This document shows, piece by piece, positions 30,801 through 39,637 of a stretch of DNA of 53,339 nt. This DNA is from Trichomonas gallinae (lineage: Eukaryota), in the NCBI GenBank assembly GCA_008369845.1, contig MRSU01000422.1, positions 1-53,339 of the forward strand, given 5' to 3'. The notes under the pieces are model-generated. The model did no database searches and was not told the origin of the DNA. It saw only the letters and a list, made by a program, of their open reading frames with translations. The number at the start of each line of letters is the position of its first letter. Position 1 is the first letter of the stretch. Both the position numbers and the translations under genes were made by a program.

Positions 30801-32715
30801 CATCTTTATTACTTTTATCTGACTCTTTCTTTTCTGAAATCTTTGATGACTCCTTCTTTTCACTGATCTTTGATGAATCTTTTTCAGATTTTTTAGACTT
30901 ATTATCTGATGAAAATTCATTTTCTGAGATTTTTGATGATTCCTTCTTTTCTGGCTGTTTATTTTCGAACTCTAGCTCTTTCTGTTGTTCTTGTGGCGTA
31001 AAAGCGCGTTGTAGTGTAGATGTGATTGCATTATGTAGAGACATTGATTTTTCTTTTTCACTTGCATCTTCGAACGAGTTCTGGCTCTTTTCTGGTGGTT
31101 TCTCATCGAATGTTTCACTTGGCATCGAATCAAGTTTTGCAACTTCTGCGGAAGTCAGAATCTTGCTTGAATTCCTTCTCCTCAGTGACTTGTTACTCGA
31201 ATTATCAGATCTGTGAGAAGCTTGGGCTCTGGGAGTAATATCTGATTTATTAAGTTCTTCAAAACTGTTGGAAGCCAAGTGTTTGCTGTCATTTGCCATG
31301 ATTTTAGACAGCATGAGTTCTTTGGGCTTAATTTCGAGTTCTTTTCGTTCATTTTTAGCATCTGTTTCAGAACTTGCGAAATCATCGAAAGATTTGTCTT
31401 TCTTAGGTATAGTGAGCGGACTTATGATGTTTTCTATCTTCAATTTCGTCGGTGTCATTAATTCAGATTTTGGTTTTTCGCTAATCTCGTTTATTTGGCC
31501 CGTGAACATTAGTGTTGGTTTCTCTTTGATAATGCTGCTGAAATTGCTGTCATCTAAGTCGTTAATCGATGTTTTAACCTTTTCTCCGAATAGATTTTCT
31601 TTGTTTATCGATTCTGCGACTTTCTGAGCCTTCCCACGCTCTTTGAAGCCCATAAACACATAGAACTTGCCGTCAACTTTCTCCACGACGACGCTTGTCG
31701 CTTCAGGATGCTTTGTTTTTAATTGATCGATGATTTTGGTTTTTGAAGGCCTTTTTGATAGAGGACCAATGCAAAGATTCTCATTTTCTTCCATGAAGCT
31801 GTCCATTATCGTTGATTGCTGCTGCACAAGCTGTTCTAATGCTTGAGTTCTTTTTTCTAATTCTTCTTGTTTTTGGACTAGTCTTGTATGGAGATCGATT
31901 TCCAGGAGCTCTGTCTCCCTAGACTTCAGTGTGCTTTGGCAATCACTGAGTTTGCGTGTTAAATTGTCGACATCTTCATCTGTTTCCGCTCCAAGAATGA
32001 AACTGTCGATTACTTCATCGTCAACTGGGAAGCTCTTCTCTGTTAATACTTGTGCTATGATTTTGAGGTGTCTATGTCTCTTTACTTCGAAATTAATTCG
32101 ATTTCGAAGATCAACAATTGTTTTCGCTTGATCATCGAGATCTTTGTATATTTGCTGTCCATTTAGTTCTTTTATACGTTCTTCGATCATTTTTAGCTTC
32201 TTGTCGTTATCTTCGCAAACTCTTTCCTCATTTATTTTGATCCTGCGCTGTTTTCCAACGTCATTACGCAACACTTCCATGCTTGAGTTCGAAAACATGC
32301 TTTTGTACGTCGAAATTTTCGATTGAAGCAGATTACTTTCATTCTTCATTCTCGTTATTTCCTCATTTTTCGATTTTTGGGCCGATCTCAGTGTAGCATC
32401 GTTCGTTTCGTACTGTTTCATTGCCTGAAGACCGTAAGTTTCCTTGTTATATGTAGATAATCTTTGCTCTGTCCACTTGAGATGATCTTGGAGCAATTCT
32501 ATCTCACTTTTCAGCGCAAATATCTCGAAATCTAGCTTGTCAGCTTGTTCTTTTGTGACTATGTCTTCGTTTACTGATTTTTGTAATACAGATTTGGATT
32601 TTCTCGAAGAATCCAGGCTCCCTAATGCAGAATGTGTCGAATTTCGAGGCCTGCTCAATGTTGATGTACTTCGAAGAGGCCCTTCTTGATTAAAGAGTCT
32701 GTAAGAAGTACTCAT
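27829..32715 (-). CDS. very long E/K-rich protein: N-terminal coiled coil, RRM-like segment, acidic disordered tail with short repeats
   Basis: ~1628 aa from ATG 32715 (Inr TCATTTTT ~10-17 nt upstream). LCIGPL...FYVFMGFKERGKAQKVAESINKENLFGEKVKT is RRM-like; DAFES/DDFES repeats follow. Confidence 0.85.
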   Translation of the reverse strand: MSTSYRLFNQEGPLRSTSTLSRPRNSTHSALGSLDSSRKSKSVLQKSVNEDIVTKEQADKLDFEIFALKSEIELLQDHLKWTEQRLSTYNKETYGLQAMKQYETNDATLRSAQKSKNEEITRMKNESNLLQSKISTYKSMFSNSSMEVLRNDVGKQRRIKINEERVCEDNDKKLKMIEERIKELNGQQIYKDLDDQAKTIVDLRNRINFEVKRHRHLKIIAQVLTEKSFPVDDEVIDSFILGAETDEDVDNLTRKLSDCQSTLKSRETELLEIDLHTRLVQKQEELEKRTQALEQLVQQQSTIMDSFMEENENLCIGPLSKRPSKTKIIDQLKTKHPEATSVVVEKVDGKFYVFMGFKERGKAQKVAESINKENLFGEKVKTSINDLDDSNFSSIIKEKPTLMFTGQINEISEKPKSELMTPTKLKIENIISPLTIPKKDKSFDDFASSETDAKNERKELEIKPKELMLSKIMANDSKHLASNSFEELNKSDITPRAQASHRSDNSSNKSLRRRNSSKILTSAEVAKLDSMPSETFDEKPPEKSQNSFEDASEKEKSMSLHNAITSTLQRAFTPQEQQKELEFENKQPEKKESSKISENEFSSDNKSKKSEKDSSKISEKKESSKISEKKESDKSNKDGFSSEQSKHSEKESLKLSEKKESSKLEEKEFSDEFEKDDEQKKETEKKVEFEPNIEKKDDAFESSEYKKESSSEKKENDDFESNSEKKESSDEKKEDAFESNSEKTESDKKESNDDAFESNEEKKDKESKESSDDKKESEKEKKDDDFESSENKKEEENKKDAFESNDDEKETETREFSDEKDAFESKSYSSSSSCESEKKEESNKEEKNEQSDAFAEEKESEQEKHISVENKEEHVSENKQEEKSEKEEKQEVETHKSEDEKEKLHSDSEKPKEEKPNLSLGNLIKHALIADKKEEQKQEEKAIKSDAFDNDFESNHSEEPDEKEAHESEKKQETDKEENLEENNDELVKEEEKEDDKSHESEHQDEVKEKSLESEQKGEEKKSESEKKEDFIEEPDNAEETEPKEETIKESLTGALTNFDAKPEEKEEEKKEIEEPNKEEMETKPDKEEEDKKQAEEPKKEEDKKEDDDLDAFESNKEEEKPKLGLGGLIKAALMLEKKEEKQEEIAEQSSKHENDESDKEEKQEVPQNNPLSLGKIISRSLSVEPEEAEEKPAEKEIHVEEEATKEEDNQENAPKPDDEEKIEEEKSNDKNEESAKEEKTEEAKQENDEQKKAEEDKQDNEEKAEEKSNDEKINENTKENYEKDPKFRELEQALKSTGSVQFHFNTVQPHASDEIMSLNTEFSPDAIVDSPNPNLQEFNLSDVLNLEDDGEDRNFELQVSNNLEPNPDELKKYMPDSIITQPENSQNKSEENQNDEKSNNDEKLNNEDDKSSKESDKPNNEDVQESKQDEENKTENENKEEEKVESEKEENRIHPDNVEIKQDNEEKHEEDKEESKNEEDIQPEEKHEEEKDETKNDEQENENKKEDEKKLEEENEENKEDPFTEDAPVKPPVEVRTLEDDKFDDAFEMQTQEEKKIYEEVRSVKSVGFDHEVHSVPLLRDRNGENVTSGVDGSTPFSYFESSFNESPMKSAAIEEDHSLQEFESDI

Positions 32716-33291
32716 CTTTTTAACAAAAATGATTTTAACGTGATAAAAATCCATTAATCATCATAAAAATCAGCGATATCCGAAAATTTTCTCCTTACAT
32801 CAACAATTTTCAAAATTTGATTTTTTATTTTCAAAATAGAACAAAATGGACACTATATTTAGATACTTTATCATGCATAAAATCGATTTTTATCGTAAAA
32901 AATATATAACGTGCTTCATTTTTTTGCAGATTTTTTTTCATTGAACTAAAAATCAACAACCTCATTTTGCTAATAAGAAAATATCCATATTTAGCACATA
33001 AAATATCCAATATATGTAGTTGTGTTGTCATATTCTGACTATTTTTCTAAAACGAAATATCTTTCAAAGATTTTTCTCATCTTGATAAACAAATTCAACA
33101 ACAAATAACCCATATGTAAATAGATTTAAAAAATACTATGTTGATTATTGTATAAGTTCGAATATTCAATAAAAATTTTTTTGGAGAATTGAAGTTAATT
33201 TGTAGATATAAATCCTACTAGATGTATTTTCCATTTTGCACAAACAACAAGCATTTGTTTAATAATTTACCAAATTCAAAACAATATATTT

Positions 33292-33879
33292 TCAATGATT
33301 TTCGATTTGTCTAATCATCCAGTTTTCTGGACTCTTGTGATCGAAATATTCGTATTTTCCGGTTTGGATGTCGCCGTCGAAATCTTTCGGCTCTCCAACA
33401 GCTCTGAACCATGTTTTCTGTGTCATATTGAACACCCAGCCACGGGAATTCAATTCCTTTGACGCGAAATACTGCTGGGGCGTTCCTGGACTGTAAAAGA
33501 ATATATAAAATAAAGTGTCGTTGTCATACTTTTTGAAGAATTCTGGCTGTATGAATTTTGTGTGTGATGGTCGTGGGTACATTTGATCGTTCGAAAGATC
33601 ATCAATCTGTCCTTCTCCTTCATATGGAGTTTCTGGGATGAAATTCATCACAGAATCTAATGCAAAACCGAAATCTTCTGGTGTGAGTGTCGATTTTAGG
33701 TCAGTACTCGGCGTAAAATCTTTATAAATTTCAGGGCTGATTATTAATTGTTGAGGTTCTATGATTGATTTTGATGGTGGAGGTGAAGTAGGTGGCATAG
33801 ATGCTGGAACGGAACTTGGTCCGCGAGATATTGACGAAAGAGCAGGAAATTCATCGTCAAGAACTGACCTATTTCTCAT
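33292..33879 (-). CDS. NOT2/NOT3/NOT5 family (NOT-box) protein of the CCR4-NOT complex
   Basis: PEFFKKYDNDTLFYIFFYSPGTPQQYFASKELNSRGWVFN..KTWF...GKYEYFD...W. Probable ATG is 33879 (MRNRSVLDDEFPAL). Confidence 0.88.
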   Translation of the reverse strand: MRNRSVLDDEFPALSSISRGPSSVPASMPPTSPPPSKSIIEPQQLIISPEIYKDFTPSTDLKSTLTPEDFGFALDSVMNFIPETPYEGEGQIDDLSNDQMYPRPSHTKFIQPEFFKKYDNDTLFYIFFYSPGTPQQYFASKELNSRGWVFNMTQKTWFRAVGEPKDFDGDIQTGKYEYFDHKSPENWMIRQIENH

Positions 33880-33880
33880 T

Positions 33881-34072
33881 TGACAGTTTACACCGAAAAA
33901 TGTCAATTTCATTTTTGACATTAAATTATGACACGTAATTTTGTACTTTTACAAACCATGACATATAAATTCGATGTTTTGACAAAATTATGACAAGCAA
34001 AAACTATCCATTCATTCAAAAACAAAATTATGACACGTAAAGTTATATTTTTGACATTATTATGACATGCAA
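33881..34072 (-). promoter_or_regulatory. array of nine TGTCA motifs upstream of the NOT-box gene
   Basis: TGACA (+ strand) at 33881, 33916, 33929, 33959, 33980, 33991, 34031, 34052 and 34063; AAATTATGACACGTAA is duplicated at 33923 and 34025. Confidence 0.7.
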
Positions 34073-34150
34073 ATTGTTTTTCTTTAAAAACAAAAAAATT
34101 ACAACAATAAAAAATAATTTTAAAAACAAAATAATAACAAGTAACAAGAT

Positions 34151-34999
34151 CTATTGGGAAAGTTTCGCAATCAATTCATCACAATCTTCACAAAGATTTG
34201 TTGCACATTGTTTATATGTGATTTTAAGCATTGGATCGTATGATAAAACGAATTTCTCTTTGATTTCCTTGATTCTTCCAGGATCAGGTTCAACATATGA
34301 TTTTCTAAATGTTCTTTCGCGAGTTGTCTTAGAATTGAAATCATCTATCGTTCTCCCATGACGTTTAGGTTTCCTCATTGATTTGCTATGCAATTCTTGA
34401 AGACTTAATTCTGTCTGCTGTGGTGCAAGTGATCTTAATTCTTGAGCTGTGTAAGTTTTCGTTGTATTTGCAAGTCTTAGCATTTTTGTTCGTCTAGCTT
34501 CGTCTTTTTGATTTGTTGGATTACTGGGTTCAAGATCTGATAAAGAGAGAGTGCTGGAGGTTCTGGAGAAATCTGACCCACTAACAGATGTTTTGATATT
34601 CATATTGTTTTGGCTTGCTGTCGATAAATCATTCGATTGATAAATATAATCAGGTACTTTTTTCTTTTTAATTGCTGCCTTGATCGAAGAACGAATAATT
34701 TCGGCTTCAACAGGCTCAGTATTCTTAAAATACTGAGTTCTTTCTCGTGTTGTTTTAGGTGTTGTTTCATATAAGTATTCTTGATCGGATTCAGTAATAT
34801 CATTAGTTAGTCTGTTGATTTCTTGTTCGATTTTTTCAAGATCTTTGTTCGCTTGATAAATCCATTTTTTAATTGGCGATTGTGAGCTCAATTTCGCTCT
34901 TTCGCGATCGAATTTGCGATCTTTAGTCAGGACTTCAAGCTCTCTGTCAAGTCTGCAGCTCTCTACAAAAGATTTCGAATAATTTACTTTACTTCTCAT
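34151..34999 (-). CDS. hypothetical basic Ser/Thr-rich protein
   Basis: ORF with coding composition from probable ATG 34999 (MRSKVNY); upstream in-frame starts near 35053-35056 are possible. CxxxxCxxC near the C-terminus. Confidence 0.7.
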   Translation of the reverse strand: MRSKVNYSKSFVESCRLDRELEVLTKDRKFDRERAKLSSQSPIKKWIYQANKDLEKIEQEINRLTNDITESDQEYLYETTPKTTRERTQYFKNTEPVEAEIIRSSIKAAIKKKKVPDYIYQSNDLSTASQNNMNIKTSVSGSDFSRTSSTLSLSDLEPSNPTNQKDEARRTKMLRLANTTKTYTAQELRSLAPQQTELSLQELHSKSMRKPKRHGRTIDDFNSKTTRERTFRKSYVEPDPGRIKEIKEKFVLSYDPMLKITYKQCATNLCEDCDELIAKLSQ

Positions 35000-35518
35000 T
35001 TTTATACGTTTATATTTAAGGGTATTACACCTAGACCCTGCAATTTTAATCATCATAAAAAACTAGAAATTGAACATTTTAATACTTATAAATATCATTG
35101 ACTTCTCCTAAAATATCTATATAATTGTCTACGAATCCTCATTTTTAAATTATATTTAATTTTTGAAATATTGTTTTCCGATTAGTTATTAGAATGATGA
35201 AATAAGATTTTATCGATGTAATTTAGAGATTGATAATAGGATAAATCTATATCTGATCTCATATGAAAAAATATTGAAAATTAAAAGATGAAAATCGAAA
35301 TTTATAATTGATTTGTGAAATATAATTAAAATTGATGAAATTTAATTATTTTATTTGATGGAATTTCATTTATTTGGTGAGAAAAATTAAATTTTTTAAA
35401 TGTTGAAAAATAATTTTTGAAAATAAAGTTAAAATCGGAAAGATATAATATGAAATGCATAAGTCAATAGAAGCTGTTTGATAATTCCAAAAAAGTGACA
35501 AAATAATTTGAAAGAAAA

Positions 35519-38500
35519 ATGGATGGAAATTTCTTTACCGTCTGTCTGAGGGAAATTATTCGCACCAAACCGACAGCTGAAGTCCTCCTCCATTTTCTGC
35601 ATGCCCTGGAGTGTGATGCTGAGGAAATTCAGCTTGACGAAAGGGAACTTTACACTTCAATGTCGTATTTACATACGCTTTATATGCAATATACGTTTTC
35701 CATTCGCGCTGCAATCCTGAGAATATGCTGCTCATTAGAAATTAACTCGCAATCTTCCATTTTTGAAAAATATTTTATCGATCAACTAGTTTCTATCAGT
35801 CTAAAAACACCGTTACCAGAGCCCACTCCAAAGCTCGATGAAGAAAGAGTTGGCGCCTTTCGCAACTTACTCGTACAACTCAAAGGCAGACAAAAATGTT
35901 CCGATGTAGTAGCAAGGGCTTTGATTCACGCGTCGCAGATGCCAAATACGACATATGCTTCGTTAATTTTCGGATACTTGCTCGAAGTTTTGGTCGTAAA
36001 TCCCGATGTTTCGTGCAAATCTGAAATTTTACAAATTTTAATCGACAAATTCTTGGAAAATCCAGATGATAATCTATTCAATTATATTTCGTACTGTCTA
36101 GAAAACGTTTATTTCCCATTCGCTGAAAAACATCGCCTTTCTAAGCTTATTTCTCCGATTGTTTCAACAGACGAAACAAAACAACAAGATATCTACAAAT
36201 CAACAACTGCTATCACAAAGATGATGAAATCATGGGCTGGCTTGCTCGGATTTGTTATCCCTTCAAAAGTATTCCACGATCTTGTTTTATGCATGCCACA
36301 TACATCAGAAGCGCTATCATCCATTTTGTGTGAGATACTAGAGCCTTGGCATCCACATCCGACAGTCAGAACAGCTTATACAGGATTCATTCTTTATTAT
36401 CTCCGTATTTCTGGACTTATGGATATCATCAAGAAGAAGCTTCCTAATACAGATCAAGCAATACATATTTTGGAGCCATACGACTCAATTGAGACTCCAT
36501 TCCAAAATCAAATCGAAGTAACCGAAACTTCAATGAATACAGTCGAAACATTCAGAGCCACAATGAAGCCAGTAACAAATACACGCATCAGCATCGAGTG
36601 CCCATCACTGGGAAGTGATTCTCAACAATGGGACTGGAATGCTATCTATAACTATCTCACAATCATCTTAGCGAACAATCCTAAGGAAGCATATGGATCT
36701 GCTCAGCTCCAATTCTACAATGAGTTAATATCATATTTCAGTGGACCTTTCCTCACTGTTGATACCTTCAAAACGCACGATATTTCAGATAGCCTCTTCG
36801 CTCTCATCAAGCTTTTGCTCGATTACGACTGGGGCGCAAAAATTTTGGAATCTTCGATTATCTTAAAGAATGCTTTAACTTTATCTGTTCACTCGCTGAG
36901 AAAACATGATTCTCCACGCAATGACAGTCCAGCCTGGTCCCACTTCAAGTGCGTTTGCACAATGATGAAGAGATGTGAAGGAATTAAGATTCTTAATCAC
37001 TGGGAAATCCAACCAGTGCTCATCAACCTTTCCAGTGCAATCACAAATCTCCCATGCGCATGTCTCGCAATGTCAATGCTCGAGCTTTACCCAGAATTCG
37101 AATTCGCTTCACCAGTTTTCATGAAATTCCTTCTCAGCCCCAAGCTAGATATCTCCAACATCGCTGTTCAATCACTCTCCGAGAAGAAACACATGACGAA
37201 CTACTTCGAGACAGCTTTCAAGAAACTCATCGTCCCTTACATCAAGCAGCTCGTTTCTTTCTCGCCAGCTGAGATACAGGCAAGAATACCGAACATCCTT
37301 CAGCTCTTCTTCCAGGTAGTCATTCAGACACCTGAAGCTCCAGAGTACATCGGCCAGGATAACGAATTGCAGTCGATTCTTTTCAAGTATGGACCTCTTG
37401 GCTATTCATACATTTTCTCTTCACCGACAAGTTTAATGCATTGCAACATCAAGCAAATTATAGAATGGTGGATGACTACTGGCAACGCCATGTATGTTGA
37501 CGCATTCGACAAAGCTATTGAACTGTCTTTCAACAAGAAGGCGAAGGATATTGCTGCATTGTATCCAGGTATGATAGCATTGGACGTCGACGCAATTGTC
37601 CGCCCTCCACATCTTTTCGGAGTTCTCGCAAAACACACAGAAGGCATCAAGCTTCTAACACCATTCATACCAAGACTCATCAACATGGTAAACGGCGATG
37701 ATTTGCAACTTATTAGACAAGGAATGTTTGCATTGGCACATTTCGCCAGTTCACCTTTGTCAACAATTTTGGTTTCTAACAATGATATACACAATGTTAT
37801 TTTCAAGTGTGCCATGGAATCAGACTCAATGGTTCTGCGCGGAACACTGCTCAACTGCTTCACGATAATAGGCGAGAGCCAGCAGTTCTACAACTTTTTG
37901 GACGCGAATGGTTGGGAGTTGGCAAAGTTCGGTGGTTATACTATAAGTGCTCCAGTTGATTTCGACAATTTCACCAAACGCGAATGCGAGGACAACGAGA
38001 CCAAAGGAGATTTAACACCTCCACAAGGCTACGAGGCAATCTGCAGGGCAGTTGTTGGTCTATTATCACCGTTACAAGCTGGACAATGCAAAGCAGAAAT
38101 CTCGAAATACAAGGACCAAGTTCGCACCCCACAATTCGCGATATTTGTCCACAAAGCGCTTGGAAGGTATAACTTCACAGATGATGTCAGGCGCTCCCTC
38201 GAAGGTCTAGTTGAAGGCGTACCTCTCATGCAGCCAGTGGAATTCACATCGACCGAAAGAGCGCAGAGCGAAGCAAGAGCGAGAATCGCTATCATTGCGA
38301 AAAGAGGTATGAATGAAGCAGAAGGATTGAGGAAGTTCCCGATAACTACGGACATCCCACCGAGAGATATGTCTATTATATATGGTGCACAAAACTGCGC
38401 TGAGTGGTTCCTTGACGATCAGAGATTTAGATATCTCACTGACTTGCAGTCAAGAGATGAACTTTATAGTCTTGATATAGATCAGATCGAGAAAATTAGA

Positions 38501-38521
38501 AAGAGAATTATTGAACAGTAA
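35519..38521 (+). CDS. RICTOR: Rictor/Avo3/Pianissimo (TORC2 subunit) homolog
   Basis: Rictor motifs in the expected order: MMKSWAGLL, WDWNAI, WWMTTGNAMYV, PPHLFGVLAKHTEGIKLL, GMFALAHFASS, VLRGTLLNCFTII...LDANGW. Confidence 0.85.
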   Translation: MDGNFFTVCLREIIRTKPTAEVLLHFLHALECDAEEIQLDERELYTSMSYLHTLYMQYTFSIRAAILRICCSLEINSQSSIFEKYFIDQLVSISLKTPLPEPTPKLDEERVGAFRNLLVQLKGRQKCSDVVARALIHASQMPNTTYASLIFGYLLEVLVVNPDVSCKSEILQILIDKFLENPDDNLFNYISYCLENVYFPFAEKHRLSKLISPIVSTDETKQQDIYKSTTAITKMMKSWAGLLGFVIPSKVFHDLVLCMPHTSEALSSILCEILEPWHPHPTVRTAYTGFILYYLRISGLMDIIKKKLPNTDQAIHILEPYDSIETPFQNQIEVTETSMNTVETFRATMKPVTNTRISIECPSLGSDSQQWDWNAIYNYLTIILANNPKEAYGSAQLQFYNELISYFSGPFLTVDTFKTHDISDSLFALIKLLLDYDWGAKILESSIILKNALTLSVHSLRKHDSPRNDSPAWSHFKCVCTMMKRCEGIKILNHWEIQPVLINLSSAITNLPCACLAMSMLELYPEFEFASPVFMKFLLSPKLDISNIAVQSLSEKKHMTNYFETAFKKLIVPYIKQLVSFSPAEIQARIPNILQLFFQVVIQTPEAPEYIGQDNELQSILFKYGPLGYSYIFSSPTSLMHCNIKQIIEWWMTTGNAMYVDAFDKAIELSFNKKAKDIAALYPGMIALDVDAIVRPPHLFGVLAKHTEGIKLLTPFIPRLINMVNGDDLQLIRQGMFALAHFASSPLSTILVSNNDIHNVIFKCAMESDSMVLRGTLLNCFTIIGESQQFYNFLDANGWELAKFGGYTISAPVDFDNFTKRECEDNETKGDLTPPQGYEAICRAVVGLLSPLQAGQCKAEISKYKDQVRTPQFAIFVHKALGRYNFTDDVRRSLEGLVEGVPLMQPVEFTSTERAQSEARARIAIIAKRGMNEAEGLRKFPITTDIPPRDMSIIYGAQNCAEWFLDDQRFRYLTDLQSRDELYSLDIDQIEKIRKRIIEQ

Positions 38522-38935
38522 TTTTCTTATAATTTTAGTTTATGTATATTTTATTAAATTTATATCGTTTTTGTATATTATCAATTTTTGAAACAAATCT
38601 TTAACCAGACATATTTTACAAATATGAATAAATATAACTCGCAAATTTTATTCAAGATTAAAATATAACAAAAAATCAGAGAAAATAAATATCTTCATGA
38701 TTTTATTTAACTGTAGTGCAATTCAGTTAAATGTTGATTCATTGATTTTTTAAATTAATATTTGAAAATCTTATTTTTTAGAGCATAAAGCCCATGATTA
38801 ATAGATAAGAAAGGTTTATTCGAGTAAATTAATAAAACATTAGTTTTATCCCTTGATTTTCGATAGTGATAAAATATTTAATAACACAAACACATATAAT
38901 ATAGTATATGATTGAAAAACATGCTTTGCAGAAGG

Positions 38936-39346
38936 TCATTTTGCTTCTGTATTATTCGTTGCTTCCAAAATCGTTTTCTTTAAACTTTCAAGCATGCTGC
39001 TGTATTGTTGTAGCTCCAGTGTATGTGGTATATCTGTTGTAATTTCGAATAGTACCTTTTTCTGCTGCTTTCTGCTTGGATCTTTGATTGATGTTGTTTG
39101 ATGAATTGCTTCTTTGACAACAAGTCTATTTCCTTCAAAATTGGCACCGTTCAGATCATAAATAGCATCAGTACCTGCCGATTTCTTCTGAAATGTGATA
39201 AAAGCAATGCCTTTTGAGTCTCCCATTTTATCAACAAGCAAGAAAGTATTCAAGATCTCACCATACCTCGTGAAATACTTAGTGATTGCAGCCTCATCCA
39301 TGTCACGTGGCAAGTTCTCAACATATATCTTGATTGGTGTTGACAT
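38936..39346 (-). CDS. single-RRM RNA-binding protein
   Basis: RNP2 IYVENLP, RNP1 KGIAFITF, AIYDLNGANFEGNRLVV. Probable ATG is 39346, with Inr TCATTTT 8-14 nt upstream. Confidence 0.9.
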   Translation of the reverse strand: MSTPIKIYVENLPRDMDEAAITKYFTRYGEILNTFLLVDKMGDSKGIAFITFQKKSAGTDAIYDLNGANFEGNRLVVKEAIHQTTSIKDPSRKQQKKVLFEITTDIPHTLELQQYSSMLESLKKTILEATNNTEAK

Positions 39347-39637
39347 TTTCAGCAAAATGAAAATTTTCCAAATAAAAACATCAACATTCATTGTTACGAA
39401 TCCAATAATGGAATTTAATCAGTAAGTGGTCGTTTTATTTTTTAAAGGGTCTTCCAAAAATAATTGGGGGAATTCTTCTCACAAAATCTTTCTAATTGCT
39501 GCATTTTGCTTTGTACATGAAAAGAAGCCTAGATTTTGCTTATTTTTTTTAAAATCGACAAATAAGGTTATTTAAACTAAGGTTATATAATTTTACATGT
39601 CAAAAATGACTTTACAAAAAAATATTCTGCCATTGAT

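Noticed and set aside
28179..31627. Long Ser/Phe-rich plus-strand ORFs and Lys/Met-rich alternative-frame ORFs
   Set aside because: Antisense and frame-shifted shadows of the E/K-rich low-complexity gene.
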